Shown here piece by piece: positions 48,462 to 57,771 of a stretch of DNA of 64,000 bases. Positions within the stretch are counted from its first letter, which is position 1, and every line of letters starts with the position of its first letter. A program made the translations under genes and the position numbers. The notes under the pieces were generated by a model. That model saw nothing but the letters and a program-made list of their open reading frames with translations, made no database searches and was not told the origin of the DNA. The DNA lies in the IMG/VR virus record IMGVR_UViG_3300021599_002910, positions 1 to 64,000 of that record. One strand, given 5' to 3'. Source of the stretch: an uncultured virus (IMG/VR IMGVR_UViG_3300021599_002910) (taxonomy: Duplodnaviria; Heunggongvirae; Uroviricota; Caudoviricetes).

Positions 48462-48872
48462 ATGAGAAAATTTTTCATAACACTAATTTTGGTTTTGTCT
48501 ACCTTCATTTTGACTGCACAAACCTATTACAAAGCAACTCTCACCGAGATGTATACATATGATAATACAAATAAGGAATGGGTCTTATATTCCAAAAATT
48601 CAGATGTAAGTATAACAGTTGTTGTGGAACCCCAATTTATTTCTTTTCAAGCAAAAAAACCTTCGATTTTCAAAGTATATGAAAACACCAAGGAAGAGAT
48701 GAATACTAAAAGTCTTTCGGGATACAGATACACTGCAAAAGATTTGAGAGAAGACCAAATGGTTAAGGTAGATGTTTTAGTCCACAAGGAAACGAAAACC
48801 GCTGTCATTTCAATTATAAATGTCTCAGAGGGATATAATCTAAGATATTTTCTAACTGAAGTAATCGATTAA
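48462..48872 (+). CDS. secreted hypothetical protein
   Basis: Signal peptide ending TAQ. Confidence 0.7.
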   Translation: MRKFFITLILVLSTFILTAQTYYKATLTEMYTYDNTNKEWVLYSKNSDVSITVVVEPQFISFQAKKPSIFKVYENTKEEMNTKSLSGYRYTAKDLREDQMVKVDVLVHKETKTAVISIINVSEGYNLRYFLTEVID

Positions 48873-48915
48873 AAATTACCCTCTGAAAAGAGGGTTTTTT
48901 ATTATATTTATAAAC

Positions 48916-49632
48916 ATGGGAAAAAAGAAATTTTTAATATCGGAGCAAGACCTTACAGACTTGATTCTTAAATCATTGATAGGTTCAAAAGACAGTAAAG
49001 GGATTTTAGATACGTTTCTCTCGACAACAAAACCAAATCAAACTGATACGTCATCTTCCCCTTCATCAAATATAGACACCAAAACAAATTTGAACGTGCC
49101 TACAGGTGAATTCCCTGTGATGAATTTAAATAATCCTGCAGAATATGAAACTTATAAAAGTATTGCAGATAAATTTATTTCAACAAGGAAACACAACCTT
49201 TTGGGAATAACAGGTTCAATGTTAGCCGACGGAGCAAAAAATGCTCAAACCAAATACGGAAGATACGTTCCCGTGGAATTGGCACTTTCTCAATTAGCGG
49301 CAGAAGGAGGGTTCGATAAAAATCCATCCTCAAGACCAATCCGAACAAAAAATCCATTCAATGTAGGGAACGTTAATAGCGGTAAAAACATTTTTCATAA
49401 CACAGTTCAATCAGGAATTCAAGCATATTTTGATTTGATTGCAAGAAGTTATTTGACAGATACAACCTCAGGTGCTGATTTGATTAAAAATTTTGTAAAC
49501 AAGAGGGGTCTTAGATACGCTACAGGTGGTAAATATGAGGCGTTAGTTGGGCAGATTGCAAATCAAGTAAAAAATATTGCATCCCCGATTTATGCAACAT
49601 TGAGTAAAAAGATTTCAACTGATTTGACTTAA
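48916..49632 (+). CDS. lysozyme/glucosaminidase-like protein with leader
   Basis: LALSQLAAEGG...NPFNVG...GIQAY...RYA. Confidence 0.6.
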   Translation: MGKKKFLISEQDLTDLILKSLIGSKDSKGILDTFLSTTKPNQTDTSSSPSSNIDTKTNLNVPTGEFPVMNLNNPAEYETYKSIADKFISTRKHNLLGITGSMLADGAKNAQTKYGRYVPVELALSQLAAEGGFDKNPSSRPIRTKNPFNVGNVNSGKNIFHNTVQSGIQAYFDLIARSYLTDTTSGADLIKNFVNKRGLRYATGGKYEALVGQIANQVKNIASPIYATLSKKISTDLT

Positions 49633-49660
49633 TCTACAAAAATTTATTACATTTAATTTG

Positions 49661-50119
49661 ATGTCGGATGTCAACGTTAAACTTAAGAGAATAATTCTCA
49701 AAAAACTTGAACAAGACTTAGGTAATAAAGTAGTAGTTCCGAATGGAATGAATTTATGGATTGTTGACCCCGATAATCAGGATTGGTTTTTCAATGTTAC
49801 CTCGGCGGGTTCTTTAGAATTCAATCAAAAATTTTTTACGTTATATTCTAACCTTTTTTCTATCGACATGAAAATTCTATCGAAAATATTGAAGGAATGG
49901 TTTGAAATAAAATTCGGTATCAGAATTCACAGTTCAATGAGAAGAACCTCAAACCTTTCTTATATTGTTGAAATTATTCTCGAATCCAACGAGAAAAAAA
50001 AGGGAACTTGGAATTTGGGTAATAGATTCGGTTTCAGTTATGATGTCGTAAAAAGGTTCTTAAACCTTCAGAAAAATAATAAATTTGTCGTTGTCGAAAA
50101 TTTTATTTTTTCTGAGTGA
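49661..50119 (+). CDS. small paralog family protein
   Basis: LFS......ILKEWFE.KF. Confidence 0.6.
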   Translation: MSDVNVKLKRIILKKLEQDLGNKVVVPNGMNLWIVDPDNQDWFFNVTSAGSLEFNQKFFTLYSNLFSIDMKILSKILKEWFEIKFGIRIHSSMRRTSNLSYIVEIILESNEKKKGTWNLGNRFGFSYDVVKRFLNLQKNNKFVVVENFIFSE

Positions 50120-51173
50120 TGGCGTAAAGTTTGGATATTTTACGAATCATTTTGTCTCCAATATAATTGAAGAATTTCTCATAATACTTTACAAAGTCTT
50201 TGGGATTTTCGAATCTCGAAACTCTCGATACAAACTTATCAAAAACTTTCTTTTTTTCATCTTGAAAACCCAAAAGTTCCTCTAAAAAATTAGTCTTAAT
50301 CATTTCTGCAAAACTTATTATTTTCTTTTGGGAAATTACAGAATAAAGAAGTTTGTATATACTTTCTAACTTTTCCTCAGGTGTCATCAACTTGGGTTTT
50401 TCACCAACTTTCCTTAGTAATTTGTTCAGACCTTTCTCATCTTTCAGTATTCTATTTTCAAAGTCCTGAATATTAAAGTCTTTAATTCTTTTCAAATTCT
50501 TGTAGGTATCATTACTTCTCAAAAACTCTAAGAAGTCTTTCTGCGAAATTTGACCTGTTTGTATTGCTGCAGATATTTCACTAGGTCTGACCAAATTTTC
50601 ATTTGCGGAGGAAAAATATATATCATGAACAAAAATATCTAAGGGTTCAAAATTGAAACCTAAATTTATAGATGATTGATATTCTGCCCTCTGAATGGGG
50701 TTGTCATAAAGTTTTTTGAAGTGGTCGTAGGCATGTTTGAACTCGTGTGAAAGATTTTCAATAATCTCGTTTTTATTTTTTTCAAAATATACTGGTAATT
50801 CTTCGTAATTGAAATCAGTCGGAACCAACATCACGATTACTAAATCCACGGTTTTATTCTTGATTGGTTCAAGTCTCATATCCTCGGTTTTTCTTGATTG
50901 ACTACGGATTGCCATAGACATTATTTCGGGTGTTTTGATTTTTGGGTGCTCATCAACCCCGAGTTTCACTTTTAGTGTTGTAAACCTGAAGTCTGCAATT
51001 TGATAATCAACTCTGAAATTCATTGAGACACCTTGACCATATTCAAAATCTTTTGAATCTAATCTCTTAACCCAATTCAAGATTCTTTGGTAGGCATTTT
51101 TACTCACCTCAACAATGTTGTGAGGAACCCCGAGTGCTTCCCTTAAAACCTTCTTTATTTCTGTTCTTTGCAT
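50103..51173 (-). CDS. HExxH metallopeptidase-like protein with leader
   Basis: IKKVLREALGVP; LSHEFKHAYD...EN.VR. Confidence 0.65.
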   Translation of the reverse strand: MQRTEIKKVLREALGVPHNIVEVSKNAYQRILNWVKRLDSKDFEYGQGVSMNFRVDYQIADFRFTTLKVKLGVDEHPKIKTPEIMSMAIRSQSRKTEDMRLEPIKNKTVDLVIVMLVPTDFNYEELPVYFEKNKNEIIENLSHEFKHAYDHFKKLYDNPIQRAEYQSSINLGFNFEPLDIFVHDIYFSSANENLVRPSEISAAIQTGQISQKDFLEFLRSNDTYKNLKRIKDFNIQDFENRILKDEKGLNKLLRKVGEKPKLMTPEEKLESIYKLLYSVISQKKIISFAEMIKTNFLEELLGFQDEKKKVFDKFVSRVSRFENPKDFVKYYEKFFNYIGDKMIRKISKLYAITQKK

Positions 51174-51209
51174 GATTATTCTATATAATAAATACAATAG
51201 TTATTATTA

Positions 51210-51422
51210 ATGGCTTTTCTGAGATTTTTCATAAAATATGTTGCATCCAAACTATCCATTCCTTTTTGGATGGTAGGTCATGTTCATTTGACTATGAACG
51301 TATATGATGATTTGATAGAAATATTCATGTCATTTGGATTAAATTTCATAGTTTTTATGGCTTTTTGGTTCGAATGGATGGACTCTAAGTCCAAGGATAA
51401 TAACTCCAAAGTAAAACAATGA
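51210..51422 (+). CDS. small membrane protein
   Basis: SIPFWMVGHVHL plus a hydrophobic segment. Confidence 0.6.
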   Translation: MAFLRFFIKYVASKLSIPFWMVGHVHLTMNVYDDLIEIFMSFGLNFIVFMAFWFEWMDSKSKDNNSKVKQ

Positions 51423-51446
51423 TATTTATAAAGAAAACATTTTAAA

Positions 51447-51812
51447 ATGGCAACAATTTTTTCAAGAAACGAATCAGATAAATTCATCAAGCAAGTTGGT
51501 GAGGACTTCATCCATAATCCTTCAGGTGAAACTGAAGACATCACTCTCGAAATTCTGAATGTGTCAACAGACAAATCATTCAACGTTTTTTCAGATGTTG
51601 AATGCTCAAACCTTGTAGGAGACTTCAAAGTAATCTTCAGAGCTAATGACGGTGTTTATTTGAATTTAGCAAATGTTACAGGAGTTGAACTATATGGGGA
51701 TATTGATTATGCTAATCATATCGTTGTCTCATCGGACGGAGAAGAAAAACTTCTTGATTGGTCTGAATTAAATTCAGATACTGTAATTAACACAATATTG
51801 AGAGTCATCTAA
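51447..51812 (+). CDS. hypothetical protein
   Basis: After TATTTATA. Confidence 0.7.
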   Translation: MATIFSRNESDKFIKQVGEDFIHNPSGETEDITLEILNVSTDKSFNVFSDVECSNLVGDFKVIFRANDGVYLNLANVTGVELYGDIDYANHIVVSSDGEEKLLDWSELNSDTVINTILRVI

Positions 51813-51817
51813 TATTG

Positions 51818-52102
51818 ATGAAAAAAATACTCATCACCAAAGAACAATACAACCGTTTATTTGAGACTGGTTCCAACAGTGCTGCTATGGATTTAGACAT
51901 ATATGTTCAACCAGTAAATTACAATACTGACAACGGTAACTCGAGTGTTGAAGATTCAATTGAGGATTCAATAGATAAACTCAAAGAACTCAATTCCTTG
52001 TTCAAAGGTGGAAAAAAGACCAAGTCTTCAACAAAAAACAATTTTTTCAAAATATTGGATAAGGTCAACCAGGTATACGATGAAACAAAAACCAGTAGTT
52101 AA
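51818..52102 (+). CDS. leader-bearing hypothetical protein
   Basis: MKKILITKEQYNRLFE. Confidence 0.7.
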   Translation: MKKILITKEQYNRLFETGSNSAAMDLDIYVQPVNYNTDNGNSSVEDSIEDSIDKLKELNSLFKGGKKTKSSTKNNFFKILDKVNQVYDETKTSS

Positions 52103-52146
52103 TTTACTTAGAGTGAAAAAAAACTACCTTTAAAAAAAAATGAACT

Positions 52147-52338
52147 ATGAATTTAAGTAACGACCAAAAAGCTCAACTTTATAACCAATATTTGTTTCAA
52201 TATGAAAGAATTCAAGAACAGATTAGACAAATCAAAGCTCAAAACTTTGAGGTTTCCCCTTCAGACGAACAAAAAATAAGATTATTGGAGGTTGAGGCAA
52301 AAAAAATATTTAATAATACAAAAAACTTATATAGATAA
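52147..52338 (+). CDS. hypothetical protein
   Basis: ORF. Confidence 0.65.
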   Translation: MNLSNDQKAQLYNQYLFQYERIQEQIRQIKAQNFEVSPSDEQKIRLLEVEAKKIFNNTKNLYR

Positions 52339-52348
52339 TTCGTTTTAC

Positions 52349-52564
52349 ATGTCTTTTTTCAGATTAATTCAAAAAATTCGTTCATTTTTTGTAGAAACAC
52401 CAAATAGAAAACTAACTTGGTGTAGAAATGATTATGAATTAGGAAAAAAATGGTCAAAGGGTCAACCACACCCTTTCATCAAAAACAAATCCTTATGGGA
52501 TTATTGTTACGACCCTTATGATTCTGTTTATACTTTGAATAATTTGAATAATTTCATAAAATAA
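52349..52564 (+). CDS. hypothetical protein
   Basis: Start moved to ATG 52349. Confidence 0.55.
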   Translation: MSFFRLIQKIRSFFVETPNRKLTWCRNDYELGKKWSKGQPHPFIKNKSLWDYCYDPYDSVYTLNNLNNFIK

Positions 52565-53271
52565 TGAATATTTCACCCGAGCATCAGGTTGTATGGTTAG
52601 CACACGAAAGATGTGCAACTAGAATCACCAAAAAAATTTTCGAAGACTACAATTTTTTCAGATATTCTCAAAAAGACAAAGAGGAATACTTGGATTTTAA
52701 GTATTATGAGCATTCATTTTCAAATTTCATTCCTGAAAAATTTCAAAATTTAAAAAAAATCATAAGTTGTAGAAATCCCTATGATATGTTCTTTTCATTC
52801 TTTGTTAACTCGTATAATTCAGAAGCGCTAACCAAGAAAAAAACTAACGTAAGGAAAAATTTCAATAATTGGATTCAGAAGTCTCTCCTGAACCATGGAT
52901 TTTACGTTTTCATGACCCCAAAATATGGAAGTGACCAGCTGTTCTTTAATAAGTGGAAATTCAACAATGAAGAAACGGTTGATTACACTCTAAGAGCTGA
53001 AAATTTATATCAAGATTTGCTCAAACTACCATTCATCAAGTCAAAAAATGAAATTGATAGACAAAAAATGCAAGAATTGTTAAATGACAACCCTTTTTTA
53101 AATAAAAGGTATTTTATCTTCAATGATTTGTATGATACAAAAAGTGCGAAGTTAGTTTACCACTTTTACAAACCATATTTTTACAAATTCGATTACGACC
53201 CATTTTCATTTACGAAGGATACTTTATCTAATGATGAGAAAATACAATTTTTACACGGTGTGATTGATTAG
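52564..53271 (+). CDS. sulfotransferase-family protein
   Basis: ERCAT, CRNPYD...S, DYTLRAENL. Confidence 0.6.
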   Translation: MNISPEHQVVWLAHERCATRITKKIFEDYNFFRYSQKDKEEYLDFKYYEHSFSNFIPEKFQNLKKIISCRNPYDMFFSFFVNSYNSEALTKKKTNVRKNFNNWIQKSLLNHGFYVFMTPKYGSDQLFFNKWKFNNEETVDYTLRAENLYQDLLKLPFIKSKNEIDRQKMQELLNDNPFLNKRYFIFNDLYDTKSAKLVYHFYKPYFYKFDYDPFSFTKDTLSNDEKIQFLHGVID

Positions 53272-53305
53272 TCGGAGATTTTGAAAGAAACTTATATTTA
53301 TAGAC

Positions 53306-53803
53306 ATGAGTAAAAGATTTTATTTAACCGAATCTGAAAAAGAAGAAATCAGGAAATTTTATAATATTTCTGAAGACGAGAAAAAAGATGATAGAAAGTT
53401 TTGTCACGCTGGTAACACTAAATCGTTAGAAGAAATTATGGGCGATGATGAAGATGATGATTATATTGAGGGAGTAAGATTAAGAAAGAACGGTGTTAGG
53501 GGATTAGTTGATAAGTTAGAATTGCTCAAAACCTTGAGACTTCATCCGAAGGTTACGGATGGTGGAGAACATTTAGCACACCAAATAATGACTCATCTTA
53601 AAGGATTCAAACCCTACAATTATTTTGATGAAACAAAGAAAGAGTGTTGTAAGGCCATGGACAAAATCATAGAACTCTACAAGGAGAACGAACACGGTGA
53701 AGAATTAGTTAAGGATATTGAAAAAGTATATGCAATGCAACATCTCTCACCAAGAGCGAAAGAATTTTTAAAACACGGAATCGGAATGATTAAAGGTCAG
53801 TAA
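53306..53803 (+). CDS. LTESEK-leader protein
   Basis: MSKRFYLTESEKEEIRKFYNISE. Confidence 0.75.
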   Translation: MSKRFYLTESEKEEIRKFYNISEDEKKDDRKFCHAGNTKSLEEIMGDDEDDDYIEGVRLRKNGVRGLVDKLELLKTLRLHPKVTDGGEHLAHQIMTHLKGFKPYNYFDETKKECCKAMDKIIELYKENEHGEELVKDIEKVYAMQHLSPRAKEFLKHGIGMIKGQ

Positions 53804-53857
53804 TTGTTTTTACAAAATATATTTTATAAAATTGTCCCATAAAGGGACTTTTTTTTT

Positions 53858-54244
53858 ATGTCAACTCAATCTCATATCGATAAGGTTAATCTACAACCAA
53901 TGGTAATTCCCTACCCAACCCATGTAGGTGCCCCAAAGATTGAACCCCAAGACTTAACATCCTTTAAAAAACACGGTCTCAATAAGGTCGACCGAGTGGT
54001 TAAGAGACGATATGAAGAGCTCATTAAAGAAGCACAGGACCTCCAAAATTCGATGATTATCCAACAAGAGGTCTACGAGTCAAACTATAGATTTGAACCG
54101 ATTATTGGGGAGATATATCACTTATATGAGAATCCTGATGGGTCCAAGACTTTGTCACTTATTGGTCCAAACGAATGGAATAAAAAACATCTTTATTCTG
54201 TGGTTTTAAATTCTGACATGACATGGACAAGATTGGAAAAATAA
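53858..54244 (+). CDS. DUF2452-like protein
   Basis: YPT.VGAPKI...FEPIIGEIYHLY...LSLI.P.EW...D.TW. Confidence 0.75.
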   Translation: MSTQSHIDKVNLQPMVIPYPTHVGAPKIEPQDLTSFKKHGLNKVDRVVKRRYEELIKEAQDLQNSMIIQQEVYESNYRFEPIIGEIYHLYENPDGSKTLSLIGPNEWNKKHLYSVVLNSDMTWTRLEK

Positions 54245-54504
54245 AACGACTTGTTGAGTCTTCGTTGAACACCTCCTTCGGAGGGGATATTTTAATCAAA
54301 GAAATACAAATCGTCCCCACCCAAAAATATGATGACAAATCAAATAAATGGATTCCCGATTCTCATGCTGTTTTTCTAACCATCAAAGACAATCGGAGAG
54401 ATGAACCCGACTCTCACATTGGTTTCTTGGACGACCCTTGTAATGAAGTAACAAAAATTATAGAGGATATTTTAGGTTTCGATTCTTGTGTGGCGGTTTG
54501 CTAA
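54223..54504 (+). CDS. hypothetical protein
   Basis: ORF. Confidence 0.65.
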   Translation: MDKIGKIKRLVESSLNTSFGGDILIKEIQIVPTQKYDDKSNKWIPDSHAVFLTIKDNRRDEPDSHIGFLDDPCNEVTKIIEDILGFDSCVAVC

Positions 54505-54636
54505 AATCCCTAGAACTAGTATTACTAGTTTTTTTTCTTTTTTTTTTATTTTTATTAATTCTTATTATTATTCTGAAAGAATAATAATTATTTCCCTCAT
54601 CACTAAAAGTCATTTTTGGTGGATATTTATTTCATA

Positions 54637-55581
54637 ATGAAAAAAAGTATCAAATTAACTGAGACGGATTTAGAGAATATTATCTTACGAATTCTTAAAG
54701 AACAAACAGGACCAGGAATAACTTCATTTGGGCTAGATAATTCACGTGAAAACGCAAGAGTCAGTAAACAAAATGAAAATATCAGTTTAGAGAAGAAATA
54801 CCCGTGTATTCCCGAGGACGTAAGACCATTTGCAGAATACGTAGTTCAAAACAAACAAAAATTGATGAGTGAACTTGGGGTTGATGCTAATACACTGCTT
54901 TTCATGGCCAAAGCCGCAATCGGAATTATTGGAAGGGAAACTTTATTCCGTACTTATAGTGAATGGAGTGATGACGCGGCAGAATTTTTACATTCGATAG
55001 GGTTTGGATTTCTCCCAAAATCCGCTGTGGGTGGGTTAAATTTGGTGAATAAAATTTCAGGTAAACCTCAGAAACAAATGAGTTTGGGTTCAGCACAATT
55101 TACCGAAAAAACTTGGAATGATTATGGTTTAGATAAAAAAGTTGGTTCCTATTCAGATTCTTTCAGTTCTTTGAAACAAGGAATAGGGACATTACACAGA
55201 ATCAATGATGATTACAAAAGAGCCTTAAAAGTAGGTAATGGAACAGGTCCATCCGTTAATCCGATTGCAGTTAGAACTAAGGGTATCAAGGGAATTGATG
55301 GGACAGGTAACAACGCAATGGATTTAGCAATAGTTGCACACAACATGCCAGGTCTAATCACTAGATGGTGTGAAACAAAAGACCCGAATTATGCTGCACC
55401 GTGTGACAAAACGTTATATCAACCCTTTCCACAATCTAAACCTGAACTGAAAATTATGGTTTTACAAAACAAACCAATTGCCAATTATTTTCCAAACAAA
55501 GGTTCGGGTCAACAAACAAGTATTGGTTACTTGGAAAAAGTAGTAAGATACATGAATAGTTTTGGTTGTTTGAAGTTTTAA
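54637..55581 (+). CDS. LTE-leader protein, possible lysozyme-like fold, paralog of 57768-58952
   Basis: LGVD..TL...AI.I.G.ET, S.G.AQF, GTGN...D.AI..H...WC.T..P...APC. Confidence 0.7.
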   Translation: MKKSIKLTETDLENIILRILKEQTGPGITSFGLDNSRENARVSKQNENISLEKKYPCIPEDVRPFAEYVVQNKQKLMSELGVDANTLLFMAKAAIGIIGRETLFRTYSEWSDDAAEFLHSIGFGFLPKSAVGGLNLVNKISGKPQKQMSLGSAQFTEKTWNDYGLDKKVGSYSDSFSSLKQGIGTLHRINDDYKRALKVGNGTGPSVNPIAVRTKGIKGIDGTGNNAMDLAIVAHNMPGLITRWCETKDPNYAAPCDKTLYQPFPQSKPELKIMVLQNKPIANYFPNKGSGQQTSIGYLEKVVRYMNSFGCLKF

Positions 55582-55626
55582 ATAAAACTGATGGTAGAAT
55601 AGAAATAAAAACATATTTATTAAAGT

Positions 55627-56676
55627 ATGAAAAATTTAAGAAATAAAATGAGAGTCATTCTCGAACAATACGAATCTTACACTGATTTCGTTAAAGCCGC
55701 TCAAACAAAACTTAAGGAATTAGGATACAACTTAGGGAAATCTGGTCCAAATAGGGATGGAGTTGATGGGATTATAGGAAAATTGACAAAAATTGCAATA
55801 AAGGATTTCCAATTAAAAAATGGAGGTAACGGTAAGGGGGTATTAGGTCCTTATACGTCAAAAAAATTAGGAATACCATATTTTGAGGGAAATCAAGAAG
55901 GAACTGTTCCTAGTGATAGTGGGTTGACCAAACGTTGTGGTAGATATGTATTATACCCCACCGTTAAAGATACTTTGAACGATGTTTGTAAAGGAAAGGA
56001 AAATGTTGCAAAAAAAGGTCCAATAGGATGCTCTCAATATGTTGCAAGTCAGACGGGTGTAAGACAGGGTAATGCGTGGCATGCATACAGATTGTCTAAT
56101 TCATTTCCAAACAAAGGAGATGGGTTTAGTAAAATATTCAAAGGAGGTAATCTCAATGAAATGGCTGACATTTTTTCACAAATCAACCAAAATTCGAAAG
56201 GCTTAAGTGAAAATCAAATTAATTCATCAGGTCAATTCGGTAGAATTAAGTCCTTAATTTCACAAGCTGTTCCATCTCAGTCTTCTTTTAGCGACTTAGA
56301 TTTGGGAGATGTTGTTGGAATTTATTATCCTGGTTCATCACACACAGGAGAAGCTTTCTTTTATGGGGCAACGGGATTAACATCAAAAGGAGAAAGAGCA
56401 ACCAATGGTCCTTTCTTTGGTGTTTTGGAAGGTGGAAAAATAAGAGCTTGGCAGCCAAGTGATATGGGAAAAAAATTGAAATTTGTTCCAGGTGATACTT
56501 TAACAAAGAAGGGAGAACGTTTTGGTTTCAACACTCACTTAGGTTTTGTTGGGGGAAAAACACCATCAGGAGAACCAATCATTTATCACTACGTGACCGA
56601 CACATTAAAAGCAACACCTTTATCCCAAATGGGAGGTGAATTTAACATAGTTTGGGCAAGACCAGCAAAAGCGTAA
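55627..56676 (+). CDS. peptidoglycan-binding domain + CHAP/NlpC-like amidase
   Basis: Q..L..LGY...GVDGIIG..T..AI..FQ; GCSQYV..GNAW...GDVV...THLGFV. Confidence 0.65.
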   Translation: MKNLRNKMRVILEQYESYTDFVKAAQTKLKELGYNLGKSGPNRDGVDGIIGKLTKIAIKDFQLKNGGNGKGVLGPYTSKKLGIPYFEGNQEGTVPSDSGLTKRCGRYVLYPTVKDTLNDVCKGKENVAKKGPIGCSQYVASQTGVRQGNAWHAYRLSNSFPNKGDGFSKIFKGGNLNEMADIFSQINQNSKGLSENQINSSGQFGRIKSLISQAVPSQSSFSDLDLGDVVGIYYPGSSHTGEAFFYGATGLTSKGERATNGPFFGVLEGGKIRAWQPSDMGKKLKFVPGDTLTKKGERFGFNTHLGFVGGKTPSGEPIIYHYVTDTLKATPLSQMGGEFNIVWARPAKA

Positions 56677-56677
56677 A

Positions 56678-56983
56678 ATGGAAACACAATCATTATATAC
56701 AGTATTAATTACGGTTGTAACCGTATTAGGTTCAGCAAGTGCATGGAGATTCTATGAGAAAAGAGCCATGAGGAAAGAAAGAGATGAAGAATTTATTCGT
56801 CATGATTGTAAAGATAGAATTGCAAAGTTAGAAGTTTTGTTGGAAAATTCCTCCAAGGAAAAAGATGAGATGAGAGCAACAATCTTAAAATTGACAGAAC
56901 AAGTTTCAGCACTTGCAGTGAAAGTTGATTATCTACAGAAAGAAAATTCAGAACTCATTCTAAGATTGAATAAGGGAATTTAA
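56678..56983 (+). CDS. single-TM + coiled-coil protein (holin-like)
   Basis: N-terminal TM and heptads; next to the cell-wall hydrolase. Confidence 0.55.
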   Translation: METQSLYTVLITVVTVLGSASAWRFYEKRAMRKERDEEFIRHDCKDRIAKLEVLLENSSKEKDEMRATILKLTEQVSALAVKVDYLQKENSELILRLNKGI

Positions 56984-57267
56984 ACGTCCCATCTAACATA
57001 TGTTTTAATGTGTTGGTCGGGAAAAAAATAGACCAATGCGTCTTGTATCAATACATCAGCTAACTTTCTATCCATAACTTCCTCGGATATTGTTTCACCT
57101 AAAACAATTACCGCTTCGATTAGAAGACTATTCTGTGTGACAGATTCAGATATTGTGTGAATCTTTATTTTTGTTCCCTTACCATAGACTTGTTCTACAG
57201 ATTCTTTCTGATAGTCGTTCAAATAAGATTCAATGAGGCGAAAGAGTCTCTGTTTTTTATCTGGCAT
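56980..57267 (-). CDS. hypothetical protein
   Basis: ORF. Confidence 0.7.
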   Translation of the reverse strand: MPDKKQRLFRLIESYLNDYQKESVEQVYGKGTKIKIHTISESVTQNSLLIEAVIVLGETISEEVMDRKLADVLIQDALVYFFPDQHIKTYVRWDV

Positions 57268-57302
57268 GATAAAAATATAATAACGTATTATTGAAATTAA
57301 AG

Positions 57303-57437
57303 TCAGCGTCCTTGACCTCTATATGCTTTTGGTCTTGGATTGTGTTTGTTGTAAGATTTTTTTGCTGCTCCAGTTTTTCTCTTACCAAAAGTTACTTTTC
57401 TTGATTCAGCTCTCGCTCCACCTTTTGCTTTTGCCAT
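57303..57437 (-). CDS. 44-aa basic peptide ending YRGQGR
   Basis: MAKAKGGARAESRKVTFGKRKTGAAKKSYNKHNPRPKAYRGQGR*; own TATTTAT; missed by the ORF track. Confidence 0.75.
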   Translation of the reverse strand: MAKAKGGARAESRKVTFGKRKTGAAKKSYNKHNPRPKAYRGQGR

Positions 57438-57477
57438 GTCTTTGATTTTACAAATAAATAGACGTATATTTATGAAT

Positions 57478-57771
57478 ATGCGTATCTCAGAAGAAGAAAG
57501 AAAACAAATTTTATCGAAATATATTGATGATACCTCGGATGAGTTACTGACTCACTTGAAAAGACATTTTCCTGTCACAGAAGTTGAGACTACATTCGGT
57601 GGGAAATTCAAATTTATCAAAGTGGATGATAAATCAAAACCACTTTTGTCCAATAAAAAATATTTGGTGTCAGTAATTTATAATTCAATTGTTAACGATT
57701 GGGTTGCTTTAGGTGAGAAAAAAATTAGGAGAACAATCAAGAAATATTTGGATGGAGTAATGAATTCTTAA
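57478..57771 (+). CDS. ISEEE-leader protein
   Basis: MRISEEERKQILSKY. Confidence 0.7.
   Translation: MRISEEERKQILSKYIDDTSDELLTHLKRHFPVTEVETTFGGKFKFIKVDDKSKPLLSNKKYLVSVIYNSIVNDWVALGEKKIRRTIKKYLDGVMNS

Noticed and set aside
54505..54600. AACTAGTATTACTAGTT palindrome and T-rich tract
   Set aside because: Single low-complexity occurrence; may simply be a weak terminator.
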